Assembly: GCA_964019335.1 (NCBI GenBank)
Contig: OZ025747.1
Location: forward strand, 62,001-126,000
Origin: Diplonema japonicum
Lineage: Eukaryota; Protista; Euglenozoa: Diplonemea
Length of the DNA: 64,000 nt
Reading direction: 5' to 3'
The notes beneath the pieces are model-generated. The model saw only the letters and a list, made by a program, of their open reading frames with translations, did no database searches and was not told where the DNA came from. Shown in pieces: positions 1-11,754 of this stretch; position 1 is the stretch's first letter, and every line of letters starts with the position of its first letter. The translations under genes were made by a program, and so were the position numbers.

Positions 1-19
1 AAAAAGAAAAGAAAAGAAA

Positions 20-2443
20 ATGGGTTTCAAATCCGAAGGTTTGCTGGCAGGTTTCATCCTGAACGCCATGCTTGCACCGATCCTGCTCATTCTATCGTAT
101 TTTCTCCAAAACAAGAACAAGCTTGGTTCCATCCTTCTCTGGAAGGTGTTCAGACCCCTCAGACCCGACGAACCGCCAACTTTTTTCAACTTTGGAGGAT
201 GCGGCGATGGCGAACGCAGCACCGTCATGAAAACCATGTTCAGACTAAGCGACCCATGGCTCCGAAGGATTCAGGGTGACGAGGTCAACCTGTACCTTTC
301 TTACTTAAAGCTCTGCATGATGATGTTCATGCCGGTCGGCTGCATAGTACTCCTAACTCTGGCCCCGTTAAACGAGTCCTCCGATTATCTTGAAAAATAC
401 ACGGTTTTCGAACTGGAGGAGAACTACACACCCGGTGTAGGTGACTGGACCTCAAGGAACATCGATTCGAAGTCCTCGAGATGGTGGGGTGTCTTCATCC
501 TGTCGCTCCTTGTAACCGCTGAAATGTACGGTCTCATCATCAACCTGATGCACCAGCTCCGAAGGGTTAAAGCGCGTCAACAACCCCGTAGGACAGCGGA
601 GATCAAGAAGGTGTACACCATGGAAAAAGCGAAGGAGAAGATCCCAGCCGATTTCCTCGATCTCATCGAACACATTGAGCTCCCGAAGCGTCCTGTTGAG
701 GGGATGATGGAAACCATGGAAAAACGTGAGAACGCAATTGCACAACTGGAGCACTTCTACGCCCTGTGCGAGAAGGAAGAGATCACAGGCGAGGACCGTT
801 TCACCCACGAGGATCTCCTCATCAAGACATCGTTTTGCTGCGGTGACAAGGTAAACGCGATCACGTACTGGAGGAACAAGGTTGACACTTACCACGAACG
901 CCTCGTCGAGTTTAAAAAACTTGTTGAAGATCAAGGCTCAATGGGAGTCGCATACGTAACCTTCAGGGAACCAAGAGACTGTGCCAGATTCATCATGGAG
1001 GTCAACACCGGTCCCCTCAACACAGCTTGGTTCGCACCCATCGCGAAGAACATCATTTGGGAAAACGCAGAAGTGGGCACGATATCATACTATGCAAGGT
1101 CGTTCCTGACAATGGTGGTGTTGTTTTTCGCAGTGTTGCTTTGGGGTGCGCTTGTTGGTTTCCTTGGATCCATCGATGAGTTCAGCAAGTACATCCCAGG
1201 GTTGGACCCCATTATTGAAACAAAACAGGAAATTCGTGACGCTGTTACAACATACGCGCCGATCATCGCATTGGCAGTGCTGATGATCTTTTTGCCGAGG
1301 ATAATGAGGGCTTGGACTCAGTACATCGAGGTGGTCCCAGACAAGACGGAACGCGAGCAGAGGGTGTTGAGGAAACTGTACATTTTCCTTCTCATCACAG
1401 CTGTTTTGTTGCAAGCGTTGCTGCAGGGAGCGGGAGACTCTCTGGACGTGCTGTTCGAGATGAACACAACGGAGATGATCGCAACGTTCACAAACATGAT
1501 TGTCCCCACTTCAGGTTACTTCGCTGTTACTGTGTTGCAAGCTGCTTTCGGCGGGAATCTTATCAGAGCAACTCGTATTGGTGATGTTATCGTGAGTCCT
1601 ATTCTTGCGATGTTTGCACTGACGCAGAGGGAACGCGACGATGCCTACAGCAAGCGTCCGTTTTACTTCAGCGAGGAGTACAGCTTCACGATGCTTGTGT
1701 TTTCCTTTGCTATTCTGTTCTCAGTTAACGTTCCCTACATTCCCATCCTTGGGTTTTTCTACTTTGTGCTGAGATTTTTGGTGGACAGGGCTACGCTTGC
1801 AGACGCGTACCCGGTGTGCAGAGACTCTGATTTACGTATGGTCCCAACTGTGGTGAACTTTATTACGACGCTTCTCTTCTTGGTCCAGTTCATGGGTGTG
1901 ACAGTCCTGTGTCTTAACAAGGAACGATGGGATGTGTTTTACGTGTCGCTTGTCCCGTGCGTGATGACATTGTGCCTAGTTGCATGGGTGTGGAAGGCAG
2001 GGACATACACTATGGGTCCTCAGTTGCTTAAAGATGTTGCAAATGGTACTTATTGCGATCCCCAGGACGCACCCACGTTGTGTAATTTGGTTGCAACCGC
2101 CGTGTGGGGGAACAACAATGATATTTTCAATGCGGAGTTTGAACCGAGCAAAACGATGATTATTTCTGATGCGACGGAGGAGTACCGCCACCCTTGTGCG
2201 ACATTTGAGCCGGTTTCTCTTGACCATGACACAATGGCCTCGAAGTCGTGGCTTGTTAAGGCGTCGGACAGCGAATGTATTTCATTTGAAATCACACCAT
2301 CTTCCGTTTGTTTTTCCAACCCGAAGCCTCCTTGTGTGGATTCTCCAAAGGAGGAAAAGGTCGTTGTTGAAGAATGTGAAGACGAGCAAAAACCTAGTGA
2401 GGGCACCCATGAGCCTGTGGAGCCTGTGAAAAATGAGGAGTGA
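20..2443 (+). CDS. CSC1/OSCA/TMEM63-family calcium-permeable stress-gated channel
   Basis: 807-aa intronless ORF with an N-terminal TM, a YLSYLKLC..F..TLAPLN segment, a cytosolic domain with GVAYVTF and AP..NIIWEN, and a 7-TM RSN1-type C-terminal block (FS..VP.IP..G..YF..RF.VDR). Confidence 0.9.
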   Translation: MGFKSEGLLAGFILNAMLAPILLILSYFLQNKNKLGSILLWKVFRPLRPDEPPTFFNFGGCGDGERSTVMKTMFRLSDPWLRRIQGDEVNLYLSYLKLCMMMFMPVGCIVLLTLAPLNESSDYLEKYTVFELEENYTPGVGDWTSRNIDSKSSRWWGVFILSLLVTAEMYGLIINLMHQLRRVKARQQPRRTAEIKKVYTMEKAKEKIPADFLDLIEHIELPKRPVEGMMETMEKRENAIAQLEHFYALCEKEEITGEDRFTHEDLLIKTSFCCGDKVNAITYWRNKVDTYHERLVEFKKLVEDQGSMGVAYVTFREPRDCARFIMEVNTGPLNTAWFAPIAKNIIWENAEVGTISYYARSFLTMVVLFFAVLLWGALVGFLGSIDEFSKYIPGLDPIIETKQEIRDAVTTYAPIIALAVLMIFLPRIMRAWTQYIEVVPDKTEREQRVLRKLYIFLLITAVLLQALLQGAGDSLDVLFEMNTTEMIATFTNMIVPTSGYFAVTVLQAAFGGNLIRATRIGDVIVSPILAMFALTQRERDDAYSKRPFYFSEEYSFTMLVFSFAILFSVNVPYIPILGFFYFVLRFLVDRATLADAYPVCRDSDLRMVPTVVNFITTLLFLVQFMGVTVLCLNKERWDVFYVSLVPCVMTLCLVAWVWKAGTYTMGPQLLKDVANGTYCDPQDAPTLCNLVATAVWGNNNDIFNAEFEPSKTMIISDATEEYRHPCATFEPVSLDHDTMASKSWLVKASDSECISFEITPSSVCFSNPKPPCVDSPKEEKVVVEECEDEQKPSEGTHEPVEPVKNEE

Positions 2444-3131
2444 GATATGGGGAGGATCCTCCTTTTTTTTATTTTTTATTTTTTTTTTTTTATTTAGATT
2501 ACAGAACATGTTCTTTGCATATTTTTTTTTCCCCCTTCTTTTTTTGCCCATATCAAAAAAAAAAAAAAAAAAAAAAAAACGGAGGATGTAAGATTTGATT
2601 CTTGGGGAAAATTTTTTCCCAGCCAACTTTTTTTTGAAGAAAAAAAAAAAGGCTTTCGAAAATTTTCCCAATATTCCCTCCATTGCATCCTTAGAGCAAG
2701 CCGAGACCAGATGGGGGTTTTTTTTTTTTAAAAAAAAAGATATGTGGCGTTATTCAAAAAAAAAAAACTTTATCTTCTTTTTTGCAAACAAATAAAAAGA
2801 AAAAAAAATACAAAAAAAAATAAGAGTGGGGTGCGTCGGCAGGTTTTTTTTTTTTTTTTTTTGCTTTTTCTTTTTATGAATGCCTGGCTCGCTCACCTTT
2901 TTTTTTTCTTGCTCCCGTCCCTTATATCCCCCTCCCCCCCATTGTGTTTACCCTACCCACCATTGATCAAAAAGAAAAGAAATATTACATGAGTTATTCA
3001 CCTGCATCACATCAGATGCTCTCCCCCCCCCCCCCCCCCCCAGGGCTATGTTGGCAAGAAACGGGGAGGTTCCGCATCTATTTTCAAAAAAAAAAGCTTG
3101 GAAACGCGTTTCAAAGTCCAACATAGCTCTA

Positions 3132-3516
3132 GGGCGGGTCACATGCCCTTTAAAATGTCAAAAAAAATCAGAATAACTTTTTTCTAAAGTAAAAAAAAAA
3201 AAAAAAACCACCCAATCACCCTCTAAAATGACCAAAAAAAAAAAAAATCAAGATGTAGCGGCGTCCTAGCCGCGTTCAAAAGGAGGTACAAACCATGGTC
3301 AAATACGAATAAGTTTTTCAGGAAAATGCGGAGGATACGTGGGGTGACAATAGGGCCAGGTACCAAACCATGGCCACCCTTTTTTAAAAATGCAAAAAGA
3401 ACAGCTCATAAGCGCCCAAAAGCGCCCTAAGCCTGGCGGAAATCGATTTTATTGGTCAAAAAATGGGTGCTTACCGTAACTGGGAAAACCCCGTTTTAGT
3501 ACCATGTGACCCCCCC
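3132..3516. mobile_element. Putative MITE
   Basis: GGGTCACATG (3136-3145) and CATGTGACCC (3503-3512) are exact inverted repeats with imperfect extension. Internal direct repeat AGGTAC(C)AAACCATGG occurs twice. No clear TSD. Confidence 0.45.
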
Positions 3517-4827
3517 CCCCCTCTTCCCCCCTTTTTTTTTTTACCTTAAAAAAAAAAATTACAACGGCAGAACGATATGCTCATGTGTACAGTTTTCGCT
3601 GACTCTCTTTGTATTTCCTCCTTTTTTTTTTTTTTTATTTACCTTCATTTCACTCTCCTCGTGTTTACTATTGGAGCAAACCTGTTTTCCAGTATAATCT
3701 TTTTTCCTTGTCTGGCTTCCTGCAAATTTTCAAACAAATAATGAAAAAGAAAAAAAAATAAGAAGATAAAGCCCTTCACCTCTAGACACTGATTTTGTGT
3801 GTTCACTTACGCCCTGTTGCACTCAGGGAGCTGTGAAAGTAGTGGAAGATAATGAGCCTCACAACTGGGGGGTGATGCGTTAGCGAGAAAAGAAATCCTT
3901 AAATGCCCCCCTCTTACTAAAGAAAGACACGCTCCACGCACACAAAACCATTTGTCCTAAGATTACCGTACATCGAGAAAAAAAAAAAATACAAGGGGGT
4001 TTTTTCAATTAAAAAAGCGAAAGAAAAGATCAAAAAAAAATTGCAAACGCATAACACAAATAGTTCTCCCCCTCCCTTGTAAACAAGAACCGAAAAGAAG
4101 GAGAAAAAAAAGAGAGAAAAAAAAAAAGGGGAAAAAAAAAGAGAGAAAAAAAACGGGGGAGCCCTGGGCACGCCCTTATGGCCCCATGGGAAATGTGGTA
4201 GTTTTTTTTCTTTTTTTTTTCTTCTTCGTTGAAAAAGCAGAAAACCACTGAATAAAGCGGGGGGAAAAAAGAAAAGAAAAAAAAAGAAATACTGGGCAGG
4301 TGTTTTTAATATGGGGGCCATAGCAGAAAAAAAATCTTTTTTTTCTTTTTCCTTTGTATCCACATTGTGCGCACTTAACTTCCTCTTTCCCCCCCCCTTT
4401 TTTTTTCCTCCCAATGTTTAAGTAGCAAGTAAACTCGTTCTGGGGTAAGTCAAGATACTGTTTTTTTCTTTATTTTTATTTTTATTTTTATAAAAAACTT
4501 TAGCAATAGCAGACTGAGAAGTTACGTGTTGATGCCACCTTCAAAAACTGCAATTTTCTCCTCTTTTTTTTTCTTTTTTGTTCTAGCAGCTCCATAACCG
4601 TCTTCACACCATCACTCTGCGGGGAAGGTGGCACGCGCAACTTCTTTATGCAGCTGATTTTCTACTGCTGGAAACAGTGATCACAGCGCAGTCCGGCTGG
4701 GCGGCTCCGCCATACAGTTGGGGTTAACTCGTTTTTACTTGCTACTTTTATTCCCCCTTTTTTTCATTTCTCTTTTATACCCCGCTTTGCTTCAGTCCCC
4801 ATTTCACGCCAGAGCGATCTTCCCAGA

Positions 4828-4899
4828 GTCTCTCATAGTCCCCCACGTGTGCCCCAATGATAGCCAATGGGTGTGGGGTCTCCCAGAGGCACGAGACGA
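4828..4899 (+). ncRNA. Single-hairpin AGA-box (H/ACA-like) snoRNA, solo copy; predicted LSU helix 69 pseudouridylation guide
   Basis: Near-identical to the five units at 63322-63835. Lower stem GTCTCT/AGAGGC, upper stem CCCCAC/GTGGGG, AGA box 15 nt after the upper stem. Confidence 0.7.
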
Positions 4900-4991
4900 A
4901 TAAATGGGGAAAAAGAAAAAAAAAAAAAAAAAAAAAACCAATAAAAAAAAAATATATATATATATATAAACAAACATCAACCGACAGGACG

Positions 4992-6367
4992 ATGGATAGG
5001 GTGGTTACTTTGCAGACGCATATAAAGACGGGTGGAGGCAACGCCATGCAGTGCGGGGGGAGCGAGGAGGCGAAGGCGGTGGAGAACCTAAAGGGGCTGG
5101 CACGAAACCTGGGGCTCGACATCCAAGGCGCGAGGGTGAGGAGAACAAGCTCCAGGTTCTGCTTGGGCGTGGAACACGGTGACTACAACGGGACAGAACT
5201 CTTCGGGGTAGGCACCGACAGGTTCATCTGGCTGGCGTACAAACCAAGGAAAGACAACAAGGTGAGAATCGCATCCGTAAACTTCGCGAAAGACGGTGTG
5301 ACCGAATGGACCCTCGGCACAGCACCCCCTCCTGGGACAAACCCCGACTCCTGGTCAAGGTTCCCCCACGGCGCGGACCATGTTCTAACCGCCGCAGGTT
5401 ACCCTTTGAAAACAGGTTTCGACGCTGTAGTCTACGGGAACATTCCTGGAGGCGGCATGTCTCGCTCGGCGTCCCTCTCCATCAACTTGATCCTCACGCT
5501 GATGGAGGTCAACAACATGTCGCCCAAAAAGATCCCTCTTGACGAGAACGGCAAGTCTTACGAAATCGTCGAACTTGCCCAACGCATCGAGACGGACTAC
5601 ATCGGCTCACCCTCAGGCTACCTCGACCAGATCATGATTTACTACGCAAGAGCAGGACTGGGGACACACTTCCTCCCGAAAACTAACGAGGTCCGGCACA
5701 TCCCGTTGGGATGCGATGCGTCCACGTTCAGCATTGGTGCACTGGACACTGGTACAGACCGTCCTGGTTTGGAAAAATCGACATACGCGATAAGAAGCGC
5801 GGAGTGTAAAAAAGCAGCCGAGATGCTTGCCAGGAAGTACCCTGGGCAGGTTGAAACGATCGCGGATCTGACTGACGAGCAGTACAACGAAACCATGAGG
5901 GAGTGGAGAGGGGAACACCTCGGGATTTGTGAAAGGATCCAGTACATCCACGAGGCGAAGGGGAGGTTCAACACTATGCTGTCAGCATGGAAGTCGGGCG
6001 ACATCCGTACTGTCGGTGAGGTGTTTAGGCTGGACGGGCATGGGCTTCGCGATGTGTACAGGATTTCTGGCCCGGAGTTGGAGGTGATGTGTGACATTGT
6101 CCGTACCGTGCCTGGTTGCCTCGGCGAGCGTATGCTTGGAGGTGGTGACAAGGGTGCTTCTGGCTGTATTGTCCAAGCTGGGTCCGAACCCTTCGTCCTG
6201 GCTGCCGTGCAGGCGGCTTATCCAAGATCACACCCAGAGATGGCTGACAGATTTGCAGTACACTTCGTGAAGGTATTCTTTTTTTATTTTTTATTTTTTG
6301 AATTTTTTAAAAAAAATTAAAAAAAAAGGTCTGTGACGGTGTGACTCTTCTTGAAGGGCTGATTTGA
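4992..6367 (+). CDS. Galactokinase-like GHMP sugar kinase (exons 4992-6272, 6329-6367)
   Basis: RFCLGVEHGDYNG (cf. GRVNLIGEHTDYN), PGGGMSRSAS ATP-binding loop, SGYLDQ, ERMLGGG. A 56-nt GT..AG intron gives the C-terminus VCDGVTLLEGLI*. Confidence 0.8.
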
Positions 6368-6415
6368 TTTCGTTCGGAAAGGGGGTGGGGTGGATAGTCA
6401 ACGTTTTTCTTTCTT

Positions 6416-6457
<42 letters not shown>

Positions 6458-6836
6458 CTAGCTGTGTGCACGCTGAGATGGGGCAGCCTGCCGACTCCAC
6501 GTGGAGCATCCGGGACCAATGCACCCATGGTGGAAGAACGCTGTCTTTTTTTTTTCTTTCTTGCTTTCCCTTTTTCTTGTTGTTACTTACCCTCTCCCAA
6601 AGATAATCTTATCCTTCGAGTAAAAAAAAAAGACCCCCCCCGCCCCCACCCACCCCCCTTTTTTTTTCCGAGTCTCCCTACTTCTTTTTTTCTCAAAGAA
6701 AGATGATTTTTTTTAAAAAAAAAAACCCCTACAAATAAACCCCTTTTACCCTCCTTTCCCTTCCCCGTCGTGGTGCAGTTTTTTTTTTTTTTTTAATTCA
6801 AAGATAATAAAATTCTCAGGGGGGGTCAAAACACCA

Positions 6837-7148
6837 ATGCCTCCTTGGGTAATGTTCCCTCCCATGGCTATGGTGTTGCTGTCGGTGTTTTCAGAGGAGA
6901 TCTTCGATCCACCATTTATCGACGACGACGGCAGGAAGCGAGAGCCCGGGAGGAAGGGCTGCTGGGGGTGCCCGTGTGGGGTCGACTTTGTTGATCCTTT
7001 TGTCGACGACCCTGTGGACCCACTCACAAGGGAGCCGTGCCCGGTGTGCGGCAAGTGCAACGCAGAATGCCCGTCGCATGTTTTTGGAAACGGTGACTAC
7101 ACTGGCGAAGAACAGAAAGAGTACAAGTACACCCACTGCTTGGTCTAG
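6837..7148 (+). CDS. Small Cys-rich ORF, possible zinc-binding protein or TE-associated
   Basis: 103 aa with CWGCPC and CPVCGKCNAECPSH; coding-like composition between homopolymer tracts, just upstream of the LINE. Confidence 0.3.
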   Translation: MPPWVMFPPMAMVLLSVFSEEIFDPPFIDDDGRKREPGRKGCWGCPCGVDFVDPFVDDPVDPLTREPCPVCGKCNAECPSHVFGNGDYTGEEQKEYKYTHCLV

Positions 7149-7341
7149 GTTACTATTAAATGTTACACGGGGTGTGGGGGCTTTTTTTTTTTTTTTTTTG
7201 ATTTTATTTTCCACCATCCACTGTTAGATTCTGCACGGCTTTCGCGGATGCGGCTTTCTTCTCGGCGGCCACCTTTTTTTTTTTTTTTTTTTTTGTGACT
7301 CTTTGACGAAATATAGAGCACACGGCAACAATTTTTTTTTT

Positions 7342-9360
7342 GGGCTAATGGGGGACCTGGGACTGCATCAGAACATACTGCGCCCTCTGGAGACGATGTA
7401 CGAATCCCTCAGACGGAGGTTCAAGTACCCGACAGGGGTGGGTGACGAATTTGCTACGTCGAACGGCATCCTGCAGGGGTGCCCGATCTCGGTGGTGATG
7501 GTGAACGCGCTGGTAGGGGTGATGGTGAAGGCCATCATGGCGGAGGTGCCCGGCGCTGATTCCCTGTCATACGCGGACGACGTCTACTTGATAGCAGCTC
7601 TGCTCAGCGCCCTGGAGAAGGCGGCAGCGGGGGTGTGCGAGTTCTCTCTGCTGACAGGGATGAACCTCAACCTGAGGAAGACAGACCTGTTCACAACGGC
7701 AGAACACGGAACGGTGAAGTGCGGACGTGAGGTGCTCACGGCCAAAAAGGAGATCAACGTCCTGGGAGTCCGGGTATGTATGGACGGCGAGCACAGGGCG
7801 AAGCCCCTTGAGGCGATGGAACGCGCTTGCGGGAGACTGGCCGCCATGCCGCTGGGGTTCACACAGAAGGCGAGGATCCTCACCAGCTCCATTCTCCCCT
7901 CCTGCCTCTACGGTGTTGCCTATGCACCCCCCTCGAAAATGGATGCGGGTACAATCCGAGCGAGTGTTGCGACGTGCCTCTGGGGACCGAAGTTCAAGAT
8001 GCGCTCGCCGTGTGCTGTTGCGAACGTCTTGCTGCCAGGGCACACGACGGACCCGCTGGTGGTGACACTTTACCGACTGCTGTGCACAGTGGTGAAGGTA
8101 GGCGGGTCGGATACGGAGCTGTGGGACCGGATGGGGAGGTGTGCCGCCCTGTACCGGGAGTGCGATATTGAAGCCCTGGGGCCAGTGGGGACCCTGATGA
8201 GAAGATGGCTGCCGGCGATCGGGAAAGGCTGGAATTTCGTGGTGGGGCTGGGTGCCATGCCGGAACGCGAGCGCAAGCACGAGATCCGGCGGGTGGCGAG
8301 GGCCATGACGGCAGCCGAGCTAGCAGAAGGGAGGGACTCCTACGACGGCATGCCGGAGGGAGCCGACCCGGACACGAACGTGTGGTGGAGGTCACTCTCG
8401 GGCAACCCAGTGGCGGCGTACCGACTGAGGAGGCTGATTGCAGGAGCGGTGTTTGCGGTCTACCCGGGAGCGCGGGGCGTGGCGCAGGAACCGAACAACC
8501 CGCTGCAGCACCTCTGCGACGTGTGTGAGGAACGGTTCGGCAGCTACACGGAGGTGCTGGAGCACGCCCTCTGGCGATGCGAGCCGGGTGTCGCGGTGCG
8601 GAGCAAGGTGGAGTACGCGAACCTGGACCCGGCAGCTATGCTCCATGGGGTGGTGCCCAGAGGCTGCCAAGACAAGCCAAGGGCCTTACTGGTGCAGAAG
8701 TACCTGCTGGAGGTAGTCACGCGGAGGGATGCAGCGGTGGAAGCGAACCGCGCACTGCAGACACAAGCTTACCCGTGGCGGGCGGTCGTGACGGGGAGGG
8801 CGCACCCGACGCCGACGGTGTCTGAACTACGAAGGCTGGGGGCGTCAGGAACAGTGATGGACAAGCTGCTGAGGCCGGTGCTGAGGTGGTTGGGAGGCCT
8901 GCTGTGGGATGACGCGCCTGGTCGGCACACGGCGGTGACGACGTTAGAGCTGGCCCTCGACTTCGAGCGGGAGATGGAGCTGCCGCTGGACGACGGCGGG
9001 GAAGTGGGCAAGGTGGAGGACCTGGGCGTCAAGGCAAGGAGGCTACGGTATGTGCTGAGACGAGTCCAGGACCTGTACCACGCTGATGGCAGAGGGGTAG
9101 CGTTCCCAGCGGCGCGAGTGGAGCGCGTCAACTCCCTACGCTGTATCGGAGGACCGACCACACACGGGTATGACAGGAGGCCAGTACTCCCGGAACGAAC
9201 CATGAGTAGCATCGAAGGCTTGCGGGACAGGTACCTGTCGCAGACACCGACAAGGCTGCCCCGCAGCATGACCACCGCAGTAGGAACCCGCCAGAGCCCC
9301 CAGAACGGGGACAACGGGGACTAAGCGCAGCGCGGCCGGTGAGCGCAAAAACGCATACCT
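7342..9360 (+). mobile_element. 5'-truncated non-LTR retrotransposon (LINE), ORF2 3' part
   Basis: GILQGCPIS and SYADDVYL reverse-transcriptase motifs, GMNLNLRKT, VLGV thumb region, CDVC..EHALWRC zinc knuckle. The frame is open to TAA at 9324 and starts mid-RT right after a T run; GC-rich relative to host genes. Confidence 0.92.
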
Positions 9361-9595
9361 TAAAAGAATAGTTTTTTTTAGGTTGGGACTCTTCTTAACA
9401 ATCCGCTTTTTTTTTTTTTTTTTTTTGCGACGGCAGAAATGGGAGGTCAGACTATCCGGGTTACCATGGACAAAGGGTTAAGGAAAAAAAAAAAAAACAA
9501 AAAAAGAGTTGCGGGATCGCCGGGGTACAGAGTTTGGTGGAAAAAGTTTGAAACTCACGACAGGCGGGGGGGGGAAAAAAAACAGAAAAAAAAAA

Positions 9596-10262
9596 ATGGA
9601 GTTGCGGGATCGCCAGCGGGAGAGGCGGCGAAATTGCAGATGGAACGAAAAATACCCCTTAGAGTACTATTTTCTGGACGAGGTGAGCACCGGCAGCGAG
9701 GATGAGAGCGCACCGCAAAGTGAGCAGGAAACAGAAGACCAAAGACTGAAGAGAAGATACGAAAAGTTAGAAAAGCAGATCGACTCTGTCGACAGCCTTA
9801 TGTTGGTTTGCGTGATGATCGATGAGGTGGCCCACTTTCTCGGGGAGGAGGAGAGTAAAAAAACCGAGAGGGCCGTCCTGTTCACCGAGGCAACCCGCAA
9901 GGCATGTATGTACTACTCTCACGAGCTCAGAAGGCCCTTTCTCAAATTCCTCACCGACTACTACGACTCCGTCTCTCCTCCTCCAACTACACTCGACAAT
10001 GTTGCCTCGAAACTTATCGAAATCGTGTTGGCCCACACCCCTTTGCGGATTTCAGCAAACGAGGCATCTCAAGAAACAGCGGTTATCTTAGCTTTGGTAA
10101 CAGAGTATGAATCTAATAGGTATGCTTTCTTTTTTTTTTTTTTTTTTTTTTCCCGGAGAGTGTACCAATAATAAACCCCCCCCCCCACACAGTTCAGCGA
10201 TAAAAGAGTTTATCCGACGAGAGGCGTGCATTGAAAACCAGAAGGTGGCCGTTATTGAGTAA
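9596..10262 (+). CDS. Hypothetical protein (exons 9596-10119, 10193-10262)
   Basis: ATG after an A tract, coding-like ORF; phase-2 GTATGC..ACAG intron restores the frame to ..KVAVIE*. Confidence 0.6.
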
Positions 10263-10631
10263 TCTTTTTTATTTTTTTTACGCTCCATATTCGCTAAGTG
10301 ACCCGCCCTATGTCCCAAAGGGGTTATAGGGGGCTATAGGGGAAAAAATGTCAAAAATGCCCAAAGGTTCATTGAATTTTTTTTTCCAAAAAATCCATAT
10401 GTCGAACATGAAAGAACGGTGAGTTCCGAGGAAGTTCCAAAAAAAATTTTCCAAAAAAAAAATATTGGGGGCCAACCAAAACGACCTTGGAAGTCGCCAT
10501 TTTGAGTTTTGGCCATTTTTGCCAAACTTTTGCAACTGGGCACTTTTCCCTTTGAAAAACATGGTCAACAGGGTTCGATCCCAGAAGCCGGCATCTTCCT
10601 GACCAGTAGTTCAGCCGAAAATATTTTCGAA

Positions 10632-10711
10632 GGCATAGTAGTCTAGTTGGGGGGGCTTTGCCTTGTACCTAGGCGAAGCGGGTTCAAACCCCACTCCGGC
10701 GGATTTTTTTT
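10632..10711 (+). pseudogene. tRNA-like Pol III unit inside the TIR element
   Basis: A box TAGTCTAGTTGG, stem-loop CTTTGCCT-TGTACCT-AGGCGAAG, B box GGTTCAAACCCC, T8 run. The acceptor stem does not pair well. Confidence 0.55.
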
Positions 10712-11754
10712 AGGCTCACCACAGGGGAGAAACGGCAGCCTAAACCGGTATTTCCGCGAAAGCTTTTCATAAGCTTGTGGGAGTCTAGTTGAGAAAAGTG
10801 CAGTTTTGAGGAAGGACAGCTCTTAACATTGTAAGATTGTTAGTCAGTAAGCATAACAGTCCTGTTCTCTGCACTTCGGCCGTAATCACCAAATACAAAC
10901 GGGTGGAGATGACGAGAAGGTCAAAGAGGGTTCCGTAGGGGAGTTTATAGTTGAAGAGACAGATGCGCGTCTACGCCGTCCACCACAGGGCAACGTACAG
11001 TCCAAATGGCATAGTCATTTGAAAGTGACGTTGCCATTGGGGCAGAAGTTATTTCTGCTTGGAAGGTACTTATGTGGGAATTACGTTTGCGTTGGAAGAT
11101 CCTTGACCCGCGTGCCCTGGTTTGATGACCAGCCTGAACGGAACGGAGACTATGAAACAAGCAGTGACGACGACCGGAGAATACTTCCTACTCCTGAGAG
11201 CACACGGGCAACTCGAAGGGAAAGACCAAAGCAAGCCCTTCCAGCCAGCAGAGAACCTCAGACAACGAGGACTCCAGATGGACAGGATCGCGATAGCGGA
11301 GTACAGCCACAAGGAGCTCCACTACCGGGTCCACTACACAAAAGAGGGCAAGAAGTGAGATCTCAGAGCAGACGGGGTGGAAGTGCCATATGCAGGCAAA
11401 AACAAAGGATGGCACCCCAGCCTCATCTTGTACAAGAAGCACAAGACCGAGGAAGCAGGGGAGGGCCACCCGAGGCACAACAGAGGACATGGACAACCTC
11501 CCCAACGCAGCAGCAGCAGCAGCAAAGACAGTAGCGACAACAGAAAGTAAAGAAGAAGACATCAGTACCTCCCCCCCCTTCCTCCTCCTCCCTTCCTGCT
11601 GTTCTACTTCGGGTGGATCAAGCGTCTGAAGAAAACAACAGATTTTTCTGGTGACCCTACTCTTCAGTGTACTAGTTTCTTTTCATCATTACTCTGTGTT
11701 GGTCACCGATCACACCAACACCGGCTGAGGAAGACGCAGTACTACTACTAATAC

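Noticed and set aside
3780-3890. Additional snoRNA candidates (also 4585-4660, 35710-35760, 47110-47170)
   Set aside because: Hairpins are present, but box spacing is wrong and I could not identify an rRNA-complementary pocket or a C/D box pair.
2282-4414. Numerous poly-Lys/poly-Phe ORFs here and in other intergenic regions
   Set aside because: They are translations of A/T homopolymers with no coding signature.
4857-4991. N-terminal extensions in the ORF track (also 23136, 31211, 50875, 53215, 54333, 58744)
   Set aside because: They run through A/T tracts or the snoRNA; the ATG after the A tract matches the start of homology or coding-like sequence.
9506-9614. 16-bp duplication GAGTTGCGGGATCGCC upstream of and within the 9596 gene start
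   Set aside because: It does not flank any recognisable element; probably a local duplication with no further support.
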